From the NCBI RefSeq assembly GCF_001194135.2, contig NC_068993.1, positions 19,348,852 through 19,382,263 of the forward strand: a DNA stretch of 33,412 bases, written 5' to 3'. Shown here in pieces: positions 21,778 through 33,412 of the stretch. Origin of the DNA: Octopus bimaculoides. Taxonomy: Eukaryota. Each line of letters opens with the position of its first letter. The stretch's first letter is position 1. Under the pieces are notes generated by a model, which was not told the DNA's origin, did no database searches, and saw only the letters and a program-made list of their open reading frames with translations. The translations under genes were made by a program, and so were the position numbers.

Positions 21778-22967
21778 TTTATTATAGGAAAGTCTCGGTG
21801 AACTGATACCGTTAATTTCCGTATTTGGTAACATTTTTTACGTTCTGAGAAATTCCCACTAGGTTTTTTATGCCTTTTATTCTTTCTCTAAGGAAATAAG
21901 TGCCACCGAGCTCTGATGTCCATTGACGCGACTCGATGTCATTTACCTAAATTTGGTAGCCTCAGGAGAAATTTGAAGAATTGCTGTTTTTCCGTTATAT
22001 TGTTCTAAAATCCTACTTCGGTCAAAATAATTTTCACCATTCTGGAACAATAGAAATTAATTTCAGCTTAGTAATTGAGGCAATTGAATTCATTATATCA
22101 ACATCTGAAAATTGTAACCTTGCTCCGCAGCTAGGACAGTTAGGAATCAATATTAATCAACGCAAATGAATTGTAATTCAGCCACTGTTAGTTGATAACT
22201 GAACAGTAGTTGGATTTTTCAATATTGCTGTTATTGCAGTTAACTATATTTTAGGAATTATTCAATTTATATTTGAAATTCTTCTTATTATTAAATGTGC
22301 AAAAAGATATTTTGCTGTGTTCATCTAAAATATTTTACACAAGCATTTACTTGTGATCCTCAATCTACTGCACATTAGAGCAATAAAAGCTATGTAAATA
22401 TCCATTATGCGTATGTTTTGGATATAAGCAATCAACTTTACAACAGATTTGCACATATTAGTGTTTCCATAGAAATGACCTTAAAGGTGCTTCAGCTTCA
22501 AGATAAATAATCTTCTCATTTGCGATGAAAGATTTTGTCTAAGACTTGTAATTAGACAGGCAGTAGTAAAATAAGATATTTCTTTAGAAACTGAGGTGAG
22601 AGTTCAGACGGTCTGTGACACTGTTATGCCTCCTAATTCAAGTCAAATTTGTTTAAAATACGTCACCAGATTTTAAAGATAGATTCATCCCAATACTCGC
22701 TAATTTATATAATTTGCGTTTAAGTGATACACTAATTGTTCATTATTTATTAAAATGAGTGATTGGTTCTATATTAAGAAGACATAAGATAAATTGAAGA
22801 AAAGGCAGTTTCGTAATGAATGAAACTGTACAATAGACAGGTCTCTATATCAATATCAATGTCTACAGTATGTCTATTTACATTAAAACTAATATAAGAA
22901 ATAACAATGGTGTGCTACTTTCTACGTTTTTATCGTATATGAACATATATATGCACGCACACACACA

Positions 22968-23004
<37 letters not shown>

Positions 23005-23189
23005 GCTTCTCTAATATCTACAATTACATTCACTTATATTTTATTATTATGTAGTATTATTGAATTTTATCGTGTAATCGAATCTTTCGTCGTATATCTA
23101 TGCTCTGATCACTGAGAGTCTATTTGACTATGTACTGTCAATTGTTTTCCTCTTCTAATAGGCAATATCGTGAATTCGCGTTTTATTTT

Positions 23190-23259
23190 TCTCATTTCTC
23201 TGTTTTCTTTCAATCTCTAATTTCATCTCCCTTCTCCTTCTCTCTCTTCTTCTTGCTTT

Positions 23260-23326
<67 letters not shown>

Positions 23327-23345
23327 CATCGCTCTCTTTCAATTT
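23190..23345. repeat. (CT)n microsatellite within a polypyrimidine tract
   Basis: (CT)n at about 23261-23322. Confidence 0.95.
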
Positions 23346-24944
23346 CTATTTTTACCCTTTGTTGATATTTTGTCAAACCAAATATTAGGATATAGATTCA
23401 TCCTGTCAGTCATTCTAACCCTCTGTCAGTCCACTACAATATCATATTTCTCCATATAGCAATGTCTACAGTTCAACAAATGGATTATGCTTTTATTGGA
23501 CGTTGTTGTGTTAGAGGTAGAAGGACGGGGAGAAGATATTTTTAACTTCATTTTCTACATTTCTTTTCTGTCTTCTCTTCTGTGTATTTCATTACTGCTA
23601 AATCATTGCCTTACTGGAAGCCATAACCAAAACCTCTACTGCACCCAATGAATAAACAATTGAAGTTAGAGAGTAAGAAACTGTTGAAATTAAATTCGGG
23701 ATTAATTTTCAACATATACACGTGGACATTGGGGATCTAAACTTCACGTGAAATCTGAATGGATTCCCGTTAAAATAATCGAATCTTCTCTGACCTTCGA
23801 TAAAATACTTTGAAGACATCGTCCTATGGTGAAAGACATTCTAATCATGATAGCTACCATATTTGTCTTGGATAGTGTTATTGAGTACATAACACTATCA
23901 AAGCAAAAGTGAGAAAATTGCACTTTGAGACAGATTTGGCTGTTATGTTTAGTAGATTGATTTACGCAGAGGTTCCCATATTTGCTTACTATTGCATTGT
24001 ATACTTCGTGCATAATTTTTTTTTGTTGTGTGTGAATATAATAGCTAGTTGTTTAGATGCACTCAAAACACTATACATAAGTATATAAATATATTCTAAT
24101 TTGAAAAGATGAAAGTAAAGAAATATATACATAAAATATTACATTAAAAGGTTACATTACTTACGTATAGTATTGTGTTGCAATGTCATTAGAAATGTTT
24201 TAGTGACACATTTGAAATGTCTTTAATTTAAAATAAGAATAATAATAAAAAAGTTAAAAGAAACATATTCATACGTTATCGAAGAGTATTTTTCGATTAA
24301 ACATTGAAAAAACTTCGATAACGAAAAATATTACTTTGGTTTACATTGTCTTTCATTTGCTTTTCTCATTCATAATTTATACATATTTTAGGTTTACACT
24401 TTACTGATTGTCAGTCAATGAGTATATCCAATAAAATTGTCGGAGCTAACTGACAGCTGCATTTGTGATGTACATTCATAAAATCAATGGCATCTCCTTC
24501 AACAAGTCACCACAACAGAACAACTGAAAATACTTCTATTATCTTTTAAGCTTCCTAATTATAAGTCTGACAAAATGTAGCCTCTTAGTTTCAATTGAGA
24601 AGATATTTCTGATTTTCTGAGCCTCGGGTGGCTTTGTTTCATAATTTTCTATAATCGATAATCCAAGTTCAGTGTGCAGTGCTGCAGGAGATATTAGCAG
24701 ATATAGTCAAAGTATAAGAAAAAAAATCAAGCGTTATCATACTACTACAATAGATAAAGTGACAGCTTAAATTTAGTTAACTTAAATACAAAATATTATT
24801 GAATTTAGAATTTTTCTTTTTTTTAGTGGTGGCTAAACTTAGAAATGAACGGTTAATACATTGACAACTTTGAACAGAGGGTTCTATTCAGTCATACAAA
24901 GTCAACGATTAAACGAATTAAAATGTCATGCGCTAGTAAATATC

Positions 24945-25151
24945 GGTTTTAAATTTGGTACAAGGCCAGCAATCTTGGGGAAGTGGGCAAGTCAATTATA
25001 TCAACCCCAATGCTCAACTGGTAGATATTATGTTAATCCCGAAAAGAGGAAAGGCAAAGCCGACCTCGGCGGAATTTAAACTCAGAACGTGAAAGACGGG
25101 CGAAGTACTGCTACGTATTTTGCCCGTTGTGCTAACGATTGTGTCAGCTCG
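24945..25151 (-). mobile_element. SINE family B, inverted copy
   Basis: GAAAGGCAAAGCCGACCTCGGCGGAATTTAAACTCAGAACG...GTGCTAACGATTGTGTCAGCTCG. Confidence 0.88.
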
Positions 25152-25489
25152 ATTTATTTAATTTAGGCACATGGCCTTTATAAAGAGGGGACACCACAAG
25201 GACAGACAAAACAAGACATTGGGGTACATATATTACATATATCGAATGGACTATGCCTATGATAAAAAATGAGGATGAAATGGTTTACTCGCTTCCTAAA
25301 GAAAGCAGTTTCATTTTACTATTCTTTTAAATTACAGTTCACTTTACAGACATGTATCTTTTTCTCCTTTAAAAAAAAAACACAATTACAACAAATATTG
25401 CATAAGATCGTCGAAAATTACAACAGGCAGCAACTCGTCGTATCTAAACTGAAGTGCTGATATTTCAACTCATTTTTTTTTCCCAAACA

Positions 25490-26756
25490 GTTCTACTAAT
25501 CTCTCCCCTCTTTCTCTCCCCAATAGCACGCCCTTCTTACCTTCTGAGTTCACCAATTTCACTCTGATAGCCTTTTTCATCTTTGTTACCCTCTTTTCGA
25601 TTTCAACACTTTTTTTCGTATTCTACGACCTTTCGTAAATTTCTCCCTGTAGGTATCTCTGATATCTTTCACCACTCTCTTCGTCCAACACAATTTCCTC
25701 TGTCTCAAATTCGCTGTCTCTTTCGTTTTCATTCTTCTGTCGTGCTTCTTCTTCCTTACTGGTTGAAGGTAACGGTTCCTGAGTTCGCATTTCACTTGAT
25801 TTTTCATTTGATTTTCCATTTCTTTTCTTTTCTTTCTTGTTCTCTTCTTCGTTTGTTTTTCTTTTTTTTCTCCTTGGGGCTTTTAGGTGATGATTCTAAA
25901 TACTTTTTTTTCTTTTCACCACCGCAAATTGCTCGTCCATTTTCTCCTCTGTTACAACTGTACTCTCTTCTTGAATTTCTGTTTCTATTATTTTCTCCTC
26001 GTGTTTCTGGGGATACTTGGCCTTCATGTGACCCCTAACTCCATACGCAAAACATATTGGAGGTTTACCCTCCACAACAATCCTTAATCTGGTCTCGTCT
26101 GACAACACCAGCTCTTCCACAATCTTATGGAAGTCTGGCAGGCTTATATGGACTATTACTTCTAGCCCATATCCCCATTAGTTCACCTCCGTAGTCTTTG
26201 ACCTTTTAAAAACTTCTGCTTCTTACTCTGTATGATAGAGGGCGGCTTCCACCAGCCTTGCCTCGTCAATTTCAAGGGGCACTCTACCTGTCCTTACTCT
26301 GGCCGCACGTTTGCCACAGTAAGTAGGTAGTAGTGCCCACTCCGCTGATTTCAAGGCTACAGTGGAGTACTTCTTTGCTTCATTTTCGTTTACGAAGCGC
26401 ACCTCTAGCGTGCCGAACTTCCGTCCTCTGGTTTAGAAAGTAGTCGATTCTTTCACCTCTTTCAAACATTCCTCTACCGCTTCTACGGCTGCTATCTCTA
26501 CTTTCTTCGACGCTGTGTTTAGCGTTCTATAGGTGATAGGTCTCTTTTCCGTATTCTCAATAACTTCCTTGGGAGGCGTCAGTCTGTCTCCATCCTTTCT
26601 CAACAAGGTGTTGTATTTCTTGAAGTCCTTGTCTTTGACTTCTATTTCACGGACCGGCAGTAGCTCCGCTGATAGGTTTTTGCCAGTCACCGCAGCGTAA
26701 CTGCCTGTTTGCACTTGTCTATTCTTCATAATAATGTTCTTTACAACTTCGCCCAT
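25490..26756 (-). pseudogene. ORF1 (gag-like, zinc knuckle) remnant of a non-LTR retrotransposon
   Basis: Broken ORFs 26433-26771 and 25896-26120 share a frame; 25586-25819 is frameshifted. RIVVEGKPPICFAYGVRGHMKAKYP is a decayed CX2CX4HX4C knuckle preceded by a VxVEG motif, followed by a K/R/E-rich tail. No ORF2 is visible. Confidence 0.7.
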
Positions 26757-26941
26757 AAATGGGGAAGACAAATAAAAATTCCAACAAATTCAAGTAATAA
26801 CAATAATTCAACAATTCAGAAATATAACAGGTTTACAGTAACAAGACTCACATTGAGCGTACACACTTTCGACTCAAAGACAACGACAAACGTTTCTGCC
26901 AGCTCACCACCTATAATGCTCTACTATTTTCTATTAGTAGA

Positions 26942-27245
26942 GGCGCAATGGTCCAGTGATTAGGGCAGCGGACTCGAGGTCAGAGGATCGCGGTTTCGAT
27001 TCCCAGACTGGGCGTTGTGTGTGTTTATTGAACGAAAACACCTAAAGCTACACGAGGCTCCGGCAGAGGGTGGTGGTGACTCCTGTTGTACTCTTTCGCC
27101 CCAAATTTCTCTCACTCTTTCTTCCTGTTTCTTGAGTAAAGTTGCGATATACTGGCGTCCCGTCCAGCTGCGAGTGGGGGACACATACGCCATAGAAACC
27201 GGGAAATCGGGCCCATGAGCCTGGCTAAGCTTTAAAAGGGCGCAC
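26942..27245 (+). mobile_element. SINE family C, full length (tRNA head, V-domain-like ACTGGCGTCCCGTCCAG 3' part)
   Basis: A box TGGTCCAGTGA and B box GGTTTCGATTCC; first ~185 bp homologous to 28505-28690 (inverted). Confidence 0.88.
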
Positions 27246-27324
27246 AACGATGCAGTGTCTGCATTCGCTCAATTCTTGAATATTGTATAATAGTTTAGTA
27301 ATTAGAAACAAGAACAAGTGTTCA

Positions 27325-27464
27325 ACTGATACTTATTTTATTGACCACAAAATGACGATAGACAAAGTTGACCTCGGCGGAATTTGAACTCAGGGAGCAA
27401 AGACAGGCGAAATGCCGCTAAACATTTTCCCCGGCGTGCTAACCATTCTGCAAGCTCACTACCT
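27325..27464 (-). mobile_element. SINE family B, inverted 3'-truncated copy
   Basis: CAAAGTTGACCTCGGCGGAATTTGAACTCAG...CCCGGCGTGCTAACCATTCTGCAAGCTCAC. Confidence 0.87.
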
Positions 27465-28066
27465 TAATGGATAGCAATTTTAGCATGAAGTGTAACGATT
27501 ATCGGAAGCGTAACCACTACATTTGCAATCCAAGTGTAGGAGATGGCGATTGCTACGGAGCATCTCATGAGCAAATAGTACGTCGAAGCTCACAAAAATC
27601 ACGTGATACAGCCCAAACGTCATTATGACACGGTCTTTTGAAGGACGTAACACAAGTAATCAGAAGCTGCCCTTAAATTTCATAGAGGTAATACCTCATA
27701 CTGCAATGATGTTGCTTCCAAACAACATAGAATGCTACCGGTTGAAAAGATTAGTCTAGTTTAAATACTAACAACACCTCTGCTATTGAAATCATACATA
27801 AATATCAGTACAAAGGATATTAGTACATATGCAAACACTATATCTCTAACATAGAAAACGCAAGTACAGTCATAGACGTTAACTGCCCTACGGATGTGAA
27901 CCTCTTTTCCAAAATCATTGAGAAGTACTACGTCTATGGACAACTGCTTCAAAACTGGCAGCTTCTTACTCCGAATATAAATTTACTTCTATGCCAACAA
28001 TCATTGATGCACTTGGTTATGTTCGTGAATTACTAAGCGACCATCTGAACAGATACGACTTTCAAT

Positions 28067-28073
<7 letters not shown>

Positions 28074-28143
<70 letters not shown>

Positions 28144-28150
28144 AAGAAAG
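28074..28150. repeat. (GA)n microsatellite
   Basis: Direct sequence. Confidence 0.95.
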
Positions 28151-28314
28151 AGTGAGAGGTCAACTCGCACAAACATTACAAATATAACATGTAAGTGGAA
28201 TAATAAACATAGTGTTCGATTGTCATAATTATTATTCTAATCCAGATTCTCGTGACGGGGCTTTGTTTCTTCGTCAGAAACCAACTTTCTCCTTCCAAGT
28301 AATATACTAATATC

Positions 28315-28690
28315 GTGGCACTCCGTCGGTTACAATGACGAGTGTTCCAGTTGATCCGATCAACGGAACAGCCTGCTCGTGAAATTAACGTACAAGTGGT
28401 TGAGCACTCCACAGACACGTGTACCCTTAATGTAGTTCTCGGCGAGATTCAGCGTGACACAGAGTGTGACAAGGCTGGTCCTTCGAAATACAGGCACAAC
28501 AGTAACAGGAAGAAAAAGTGAGAGAAACTTGTGGTGAAAGATTACAGCAGGTGTCACCACCACCTCCTGCCGGGGCCTCGTTGAGCTTTAGGTTTTCTCG
28601 CTCAATAAACACTCAGAACGCTCGGTCTGGAATCGAAACCGCGCTCCTACGAACGCGAGTCCGCTGCTCTAACCACTGGGTCATTGCACC
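28315..28690 (-). mobile_element. SINE family C head and body with a different 3' module
   Basis: Reverse complement begins GGTGCAATGACCCAGTGGTTAGAGCAGCGGACTCG..GGTTTCGATTCC. It matches 26942-27130 and then diverges completely. Confidence 0.87.
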
Positions 28691-29820
28691 TCTATGGTAT
28701 ACTAATATACAAAGAGAAAATCAAAGCAGTCATACATATGCATATACATATGTACTTACATACAAATGTTGAAAAGAGGGCTAGTTGAAATCGAACCTAA
28801 GTTACCTTTGTTTTAAGCTTTATAGATATATATACGTTTACATTAATACTTTTATCTCGTGTAATATTTTACCCATCACTAAAAAGAAATAAAATGGAAA
28901 TTCAATTGTTGATACTATGGAGTATACGGGCAGCTCTCAGAATATTTGATTATTTCTTTCTGACAGCATAGGTGAAATGAAGCACAGATATTTAATATGT
29001 ACGTTCAGATGTAAATAAATGAATCGCATGTTAGATCAAGGGGGAGATTAAAGATGTTACTACTTTAAGATTCGTTGCATGGAGAATATCCACATACATA
29101 TCTAAAGTTTGCTTAGTTCCTATATTCGGCTATTGTATGTAAGTCAATTTTTAGGCAATTTTCCAATCATTTTCCTGTCAGAGCAATTGATGTAATATGT
29201 ATTGTATGACAATTTGTAAGAATATGGGTCATAATTAAATTATGCTCTCCGAATTTCTCTTGGGGGACAGTTAAGAAATACTAATGCAATTATTTGGCAG
29301 GAGAAGCCAAGAAGTATAATGTTACTTGGAATTTCCCTCTGGACAAGTGTATTGTTCTTCTTCAACAACAGCTTTGCAGATAGAGAACCACACGAACGAG
29401 GATATTTTAAATTCCTTTGTAGCTTGGAGGTAAAGACTGTTTAAGCAATACTTTCGAAGAAGTCGGAATAGTTGGCAGTCCGTTTTCTTAGATTTATACC
29501 CACAATATTTTTGCTTGAAATTACCTGTCCTCTGTGTATGTTCCACTCATTCTATTGCTCACACTCTTACAAAACTTTACTGACCGCTCCTTTCATTTAT
29601 CTAAGTAACCATCTATCAATCTGATATGTATGCGTGACGCATATTCGTACGCATGTAGATGTGTATGTGCATCTGTTTCTCATATGCTTTTCACAAATTT
29701 AGTATGGCGATAATTTCTTTCTTCTGTTACTAGTCATATTTTTTGTTTCTCGTATTTCCAACCACAAAATTAAGCTTCAACATTAATAATGGACCGAAGC
29801 AGCTTCTGATTAAACATAGC

Positions 29821-29866
29821 GCGTGTGTGTGTGTGTCAATGTGTGTGTGTGTGTATGTGTGTGTGT

Positions 29867-29914
<48 letters not shown>

Positions 29915-29972
29915 TGTGCGTCTGTGTGTGTGTGTATGCGAGTGTGCGCGTGTGTGCGTCTGTGTGTGTGTG
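29821..29972. repeat. compound (TG)n(AG)n(TG/CG)n microsatellite
   Basis: Direct sequence. Confidence 0.95.
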
Positions 29973-30690
29973 TTAAAATTCGGGAAGGGCTAATGACACT
30001 CCATATTATATGGCAAAGGAACCCTATGTCACGTTCCTTAACGCGACGCACGAACTTGGGTATCCGAGAAAAGGCGAGTTTTTTTTAATAAGGCACTTAA
30101 TGCACTCCTCTGGTGGTGTATGGGAGAAAAACTTCTCTTCCTTGTTAATATTTACACTGAAGTAGAAATAGGATCTTTTCGAGTATAGATGAATATGGTA
30201 TTCGCAAGGCAGCTACAAATGACATGAAAGTATTTATTATTAACTCTGATTACAACATTACTACTATGAACTTCCCCAGCTACTGCTTCATGTCCCACTC
30301 CGGTTTAACTATCGTGATAAACTTTTAAACGTCCAACTCATGCTCCACGTTGTATGTTTAGGTGTGAAGAAAGTCAGTTGCCAAATGACAATGGAATTTA
30401 GACTAAATGATAACTCATTCAATATCAGGTTGTTCCACGCAAACACCAATTATTATAGAGAATAGACTGTGCTGACGAGATCCATAGTAAGACAAGATAC
30501 TCAATCTTTTTGTGGCGATTTTAGCGTAAAACATGCTGGGATTGTCAACGTTGCTTAAGCAGAAATGATTTGCCGACAGGTCATAAGTGCATCACCTACC
30601 AGACCAGCTTACACAGTTGGTGACATATAGGTGTCAGTAGCATCGCTTTGCAAATATATGAGTGGTATTCAACCGAGAGACGTCGTACAT

Positions 30691-30825
30691 GTAATGTATT
30701 AATAAGACGCTCAAGAAAGGAAAGAAAGAGTGTTTTACGTTTCGAGTGAAGCTCTTCTTGAGAATCAAGATACCGAGGAAAGTCCAAAAAAAAAAAGAAC
30801 ATGGAGGAAAAAAATAGCCAACAGC
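30691..30825 (-). mobile_element. Penelope-like terminal repeat (subfamily 2) with decayed hammerhead motif
   Basis: Aligns to 4304-4412; minus strand reads CTCAAGA-A-GAGC-TTC-ACTC-GAAA-CGTA. Confidence 0.6.
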
Positions 30826-30881
30826 CCTCATATTAATGCCTTACTTACAATAAAAATTGTGGGTACTGGTTAGGTCGTTCA

Positions 30882-31065
30882 GGCGTCGGCGAGCTGGCAG
30901 AACTGTTACAGCGTCCGAAATAATACGTTGCTGTATTTTTTACGACTTATTACGTTCTGAATTCAAATTTCGAAGAGGTTAACCTTTTTTTTCATCCTTT
31001 CTAAGTCGATAAAATATGCAGTCGGTAGTATCGACAAAAACGCGGCCCCAAATTTCAGCATGTCC
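30882..31065 (+). mobile_element. SINE family B, diverged copy
   Basis: GGCGAGCTGGCAGAA...TACGTTCTGAATTCAAATT...TTTCATCCTTTCTAAGTCGATAAAAT. Confidence 0.82.
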
Positions 31066-31072
31066 ATATACT

Positions 31073-31286
31073 GGTTTCAAATTTTGGTGCAAGGCCAACA
31101 ACTTAGGGGACAGGGGAATTTCGATTAAATCGACCCCTGTACTCGATTGGTTCTTATTTTACCCAGCCCGAAAGGACGATAAGTAAAGTCGACCTAGGCG
31201 GAATGTGAACTCAGAATGTAAAGACGGACGAAATGTCGCCAAGCATTTTGCTCGATATGCTTACGACCATGTCAGCTCACCGTCTT
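31073..31286 (-). mobile_element. SINE family B, inverted copy
   Basis: GGTTTCAAATTTTGGTGCAAGGCC tail; AAAGTCGACCTAGGCGGAATGTGAACTCAGAATG body; TCAGCTCACCG head. Confidence 0.87.
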
Positions 31287-33167
31287 AGGCCATGTGCCTA
31301 TATTGAAAAAAACCATTATTAATAATGTGGGATTTGTGTGACAAACAGTGAAAGAAATATAGGCGTGTGCCCTTAAATGTGTGTGCTTCTGTATGTATTT
31401 CTACATACATTTGGATTATTAATATTATGTTTTTTCTACATTCATTACTCTATATATATAAAATGTTAATTCTTTGTGCAACGACGTTTTGATACCATAA
31501 AACAGAAAAGCCATTGTTGACGCGAAGATTTATTGTGCTAGAAAATAAAATTATTTAAAAGTAACTTATATGTTACCTGTATACTGGTACAGGTTACATT
31601 TCCAAATATTTCAAAAAAAGGCTCCTTTCTGAATTGAAGTCCACAGTAAAAATGTTTTCCTTCATTTACATTTGAAAATAATTAACAATTCCTTGCCTTT
31701 TCTAGAAGGAAGAGGATTGTTGAAGCACATGCATGTCTGATTGGCTGTCCAACAGTTCCAACAGATTATAAGTCTCTTTTTTTTTTATCTTAGCAAAAAA
31801 CCTGATGCTCCGATGATATCTGGTATAACTTCTACTTTTGCTGCCGGGTATCTCCACTTTCATCACATTTACTCTTTGAATTCAGTATATTTCAATTTTT
31901 TGTTTCATTTTTTGGTCTGCAATGTTTTTGCCTGAAGGAATTGTAATGTCTACTATAAGTCGTTCTCACTTTTCATATAATGTATAATAATACATCTTCG
32001 CTATTCAGTTGTTCTGCCTGTCTGAGTATCGAAATATATAGAATTTTTGGTTTATCCAGCTTGTTTAGAGCCTTTTCTGGTATATGATTGCACTACCTTT
32101 TTCAAATATTGCATCTATATATATTTTTTTTTGCAATGTGATTCGCATGAAGGCAAAATGTATCATGATTTCGTTTATTTTCTTTCTGAGCTATCTTTCA
32201 GCCTGCTACACACGATCAATATCTTTTATTTGGTGAGTACATAGGCAACACTTGTTTGTTGAAGCAGTTGAATAAATACCCCTATTTATTAGATTATTAT
32301 TTTTGAGCTTGATATTCGACAACCGCCAGTAAACTCACCGTGTCTCTCTAAATCGTTCTAGAAACACTCCTGATATTAATGTTTCGTCACATTCTTGGTG
32401 CCTCTGCCATATAATGCAGTCCATATAATTTCAATCCTTTTAGCTCTTTATTTCTTTCAAAACTAATCCTGATTTGATGAGCTTTCTTCTCTATCATTTC
32501 AATACTAGTAAGTTCCTGTTGATTCTGATTGATAAATCATGGAGGGCCGCGAGCTTCTCTTGCTGGTATACCGAAATTTTGTAGCGGGTTACATGTAGAA
32601 GGAATGAATAGTGGAGAGACAAAAATAGTTGTACATGACAGCGTAAAATAATGGCGAAATGAATAAGAAACACAATTATTTGAGATCAAGTTTGGTCAGG
32701 CTGTTTAATATAGCTAAAATGGTTGTTAAAATTCTAAAACTTAGAAATATGAAATCAAAATGAAATTTTAAACGAGGCTGAGCTCAAACTAACGCATATA
32801 ATTTGGTAACGCGAAGTAAAATGGTTCTTTCAAACGTTATGATGAAATGTCTTAACTAAATATCTATGAAATATAGTCTTACAACGTAAGAAAGTTTATG
32901 ATTCATATAAAGTAAACTTAAAAATTTAGAAATGGCTTAAACGATATCACAATACTATGTCGTAAAAGATCTAATTTAAATTAACATTGGAATAAATAGC
33001 AGGAAGAATTTATATTTTAAATGTAATAATACATAAGTTATAGCAATCAATAAAAGAATAACTCAAGCCAGAGACCAGGTTTAGATACGGATTATTTTTA
33101 CTTTAATCAAACTGAAAGACGACAACGAATAACAATAAAAAGCAAATGTAGAGTGAAAATTTTATCA

Positions 33168-33335
33168 GTCATTGGCTTACGGTCATGCGGGGGTTTGAAG
33201 GCTTTAAGTCGAACAAATCGACCTCAGCACTTATTTTAAAGCCAACTATTCTATCAGCCTCTTTCTGCCGAACCGTAAGGTTTACAAGGAAGTAAACAAA
33301 CCAACATCTGCAAGTGGTAATGGACAAACACATAC
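33168..33335 (-). mobile_element. SINE family A, diverged 3' half
   Basis: TTTAAGTCGAACAAATCGACC...TATTCTATCAGCCTCTTTCTGCCGAACCG...GGACAAACAC aligns to the reverse complement of 6410-6570. Confidence 0.8.
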
Positions 33336-33357
33336 ATATACATATAGTCATACATAT

Positions 33358-33371
33358 ATATGTGTGCGTGC

Positions 33372-33412
<41 letters not shown>
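33358..33412. repeat. (TG)n microsatellite
   Basis: Direct sequence. Confidence 0.95.

Noticed and set aside
25583-26038. 151-aa Phe/Leu-rich plus-strand ORF that looks membrane-like
   Set aside because: It is the antisense reading of the purine-rich LINE ORF1 remnant.
28250-28285. Minus-strand CTGACGAAG resembling a hammerhead core
   Set aside because: It lacks a stem II and the GAAA motif.

Overview
This is AT-rich animal DNA made almost entirely of repeats, most likely intronic or intergenic sequence from an octopus. The species call is an inference from recalled SINE families, the microsatellite density and the 10-N scaffold gaps. No intact protein-coding gene is supported, and nearly all ORFs in the supplied track are artefacts of microsatellites or N-gaps. 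The window holds about 14 tRNA-derived SINE copies in three families. It also holds decayed transposase fragments (Tc1 DD34E, mariner, pogo/Tigger), decayed non-LTR retrotransposon pieces (RTE reverse transcriptase, R4/Dong-like C-terminus, a zinc-knuckle ORF1) and Helentron/DINE-1-like pieces. Five Penelope-like terminal repeats are present, and these carry minimal hammerhead-ribozyme folds, one with a recurrent non-canonical core (CUGUUGA), which is the most interesting signal. Inverted SINE pairs, modular SINE tails, a 70-nt hairpin and a few candidate micro-exons also merit follow-up. I found no clear evidence of a wholly new multi-gene system. All alignments were done by eye and no database search was run.
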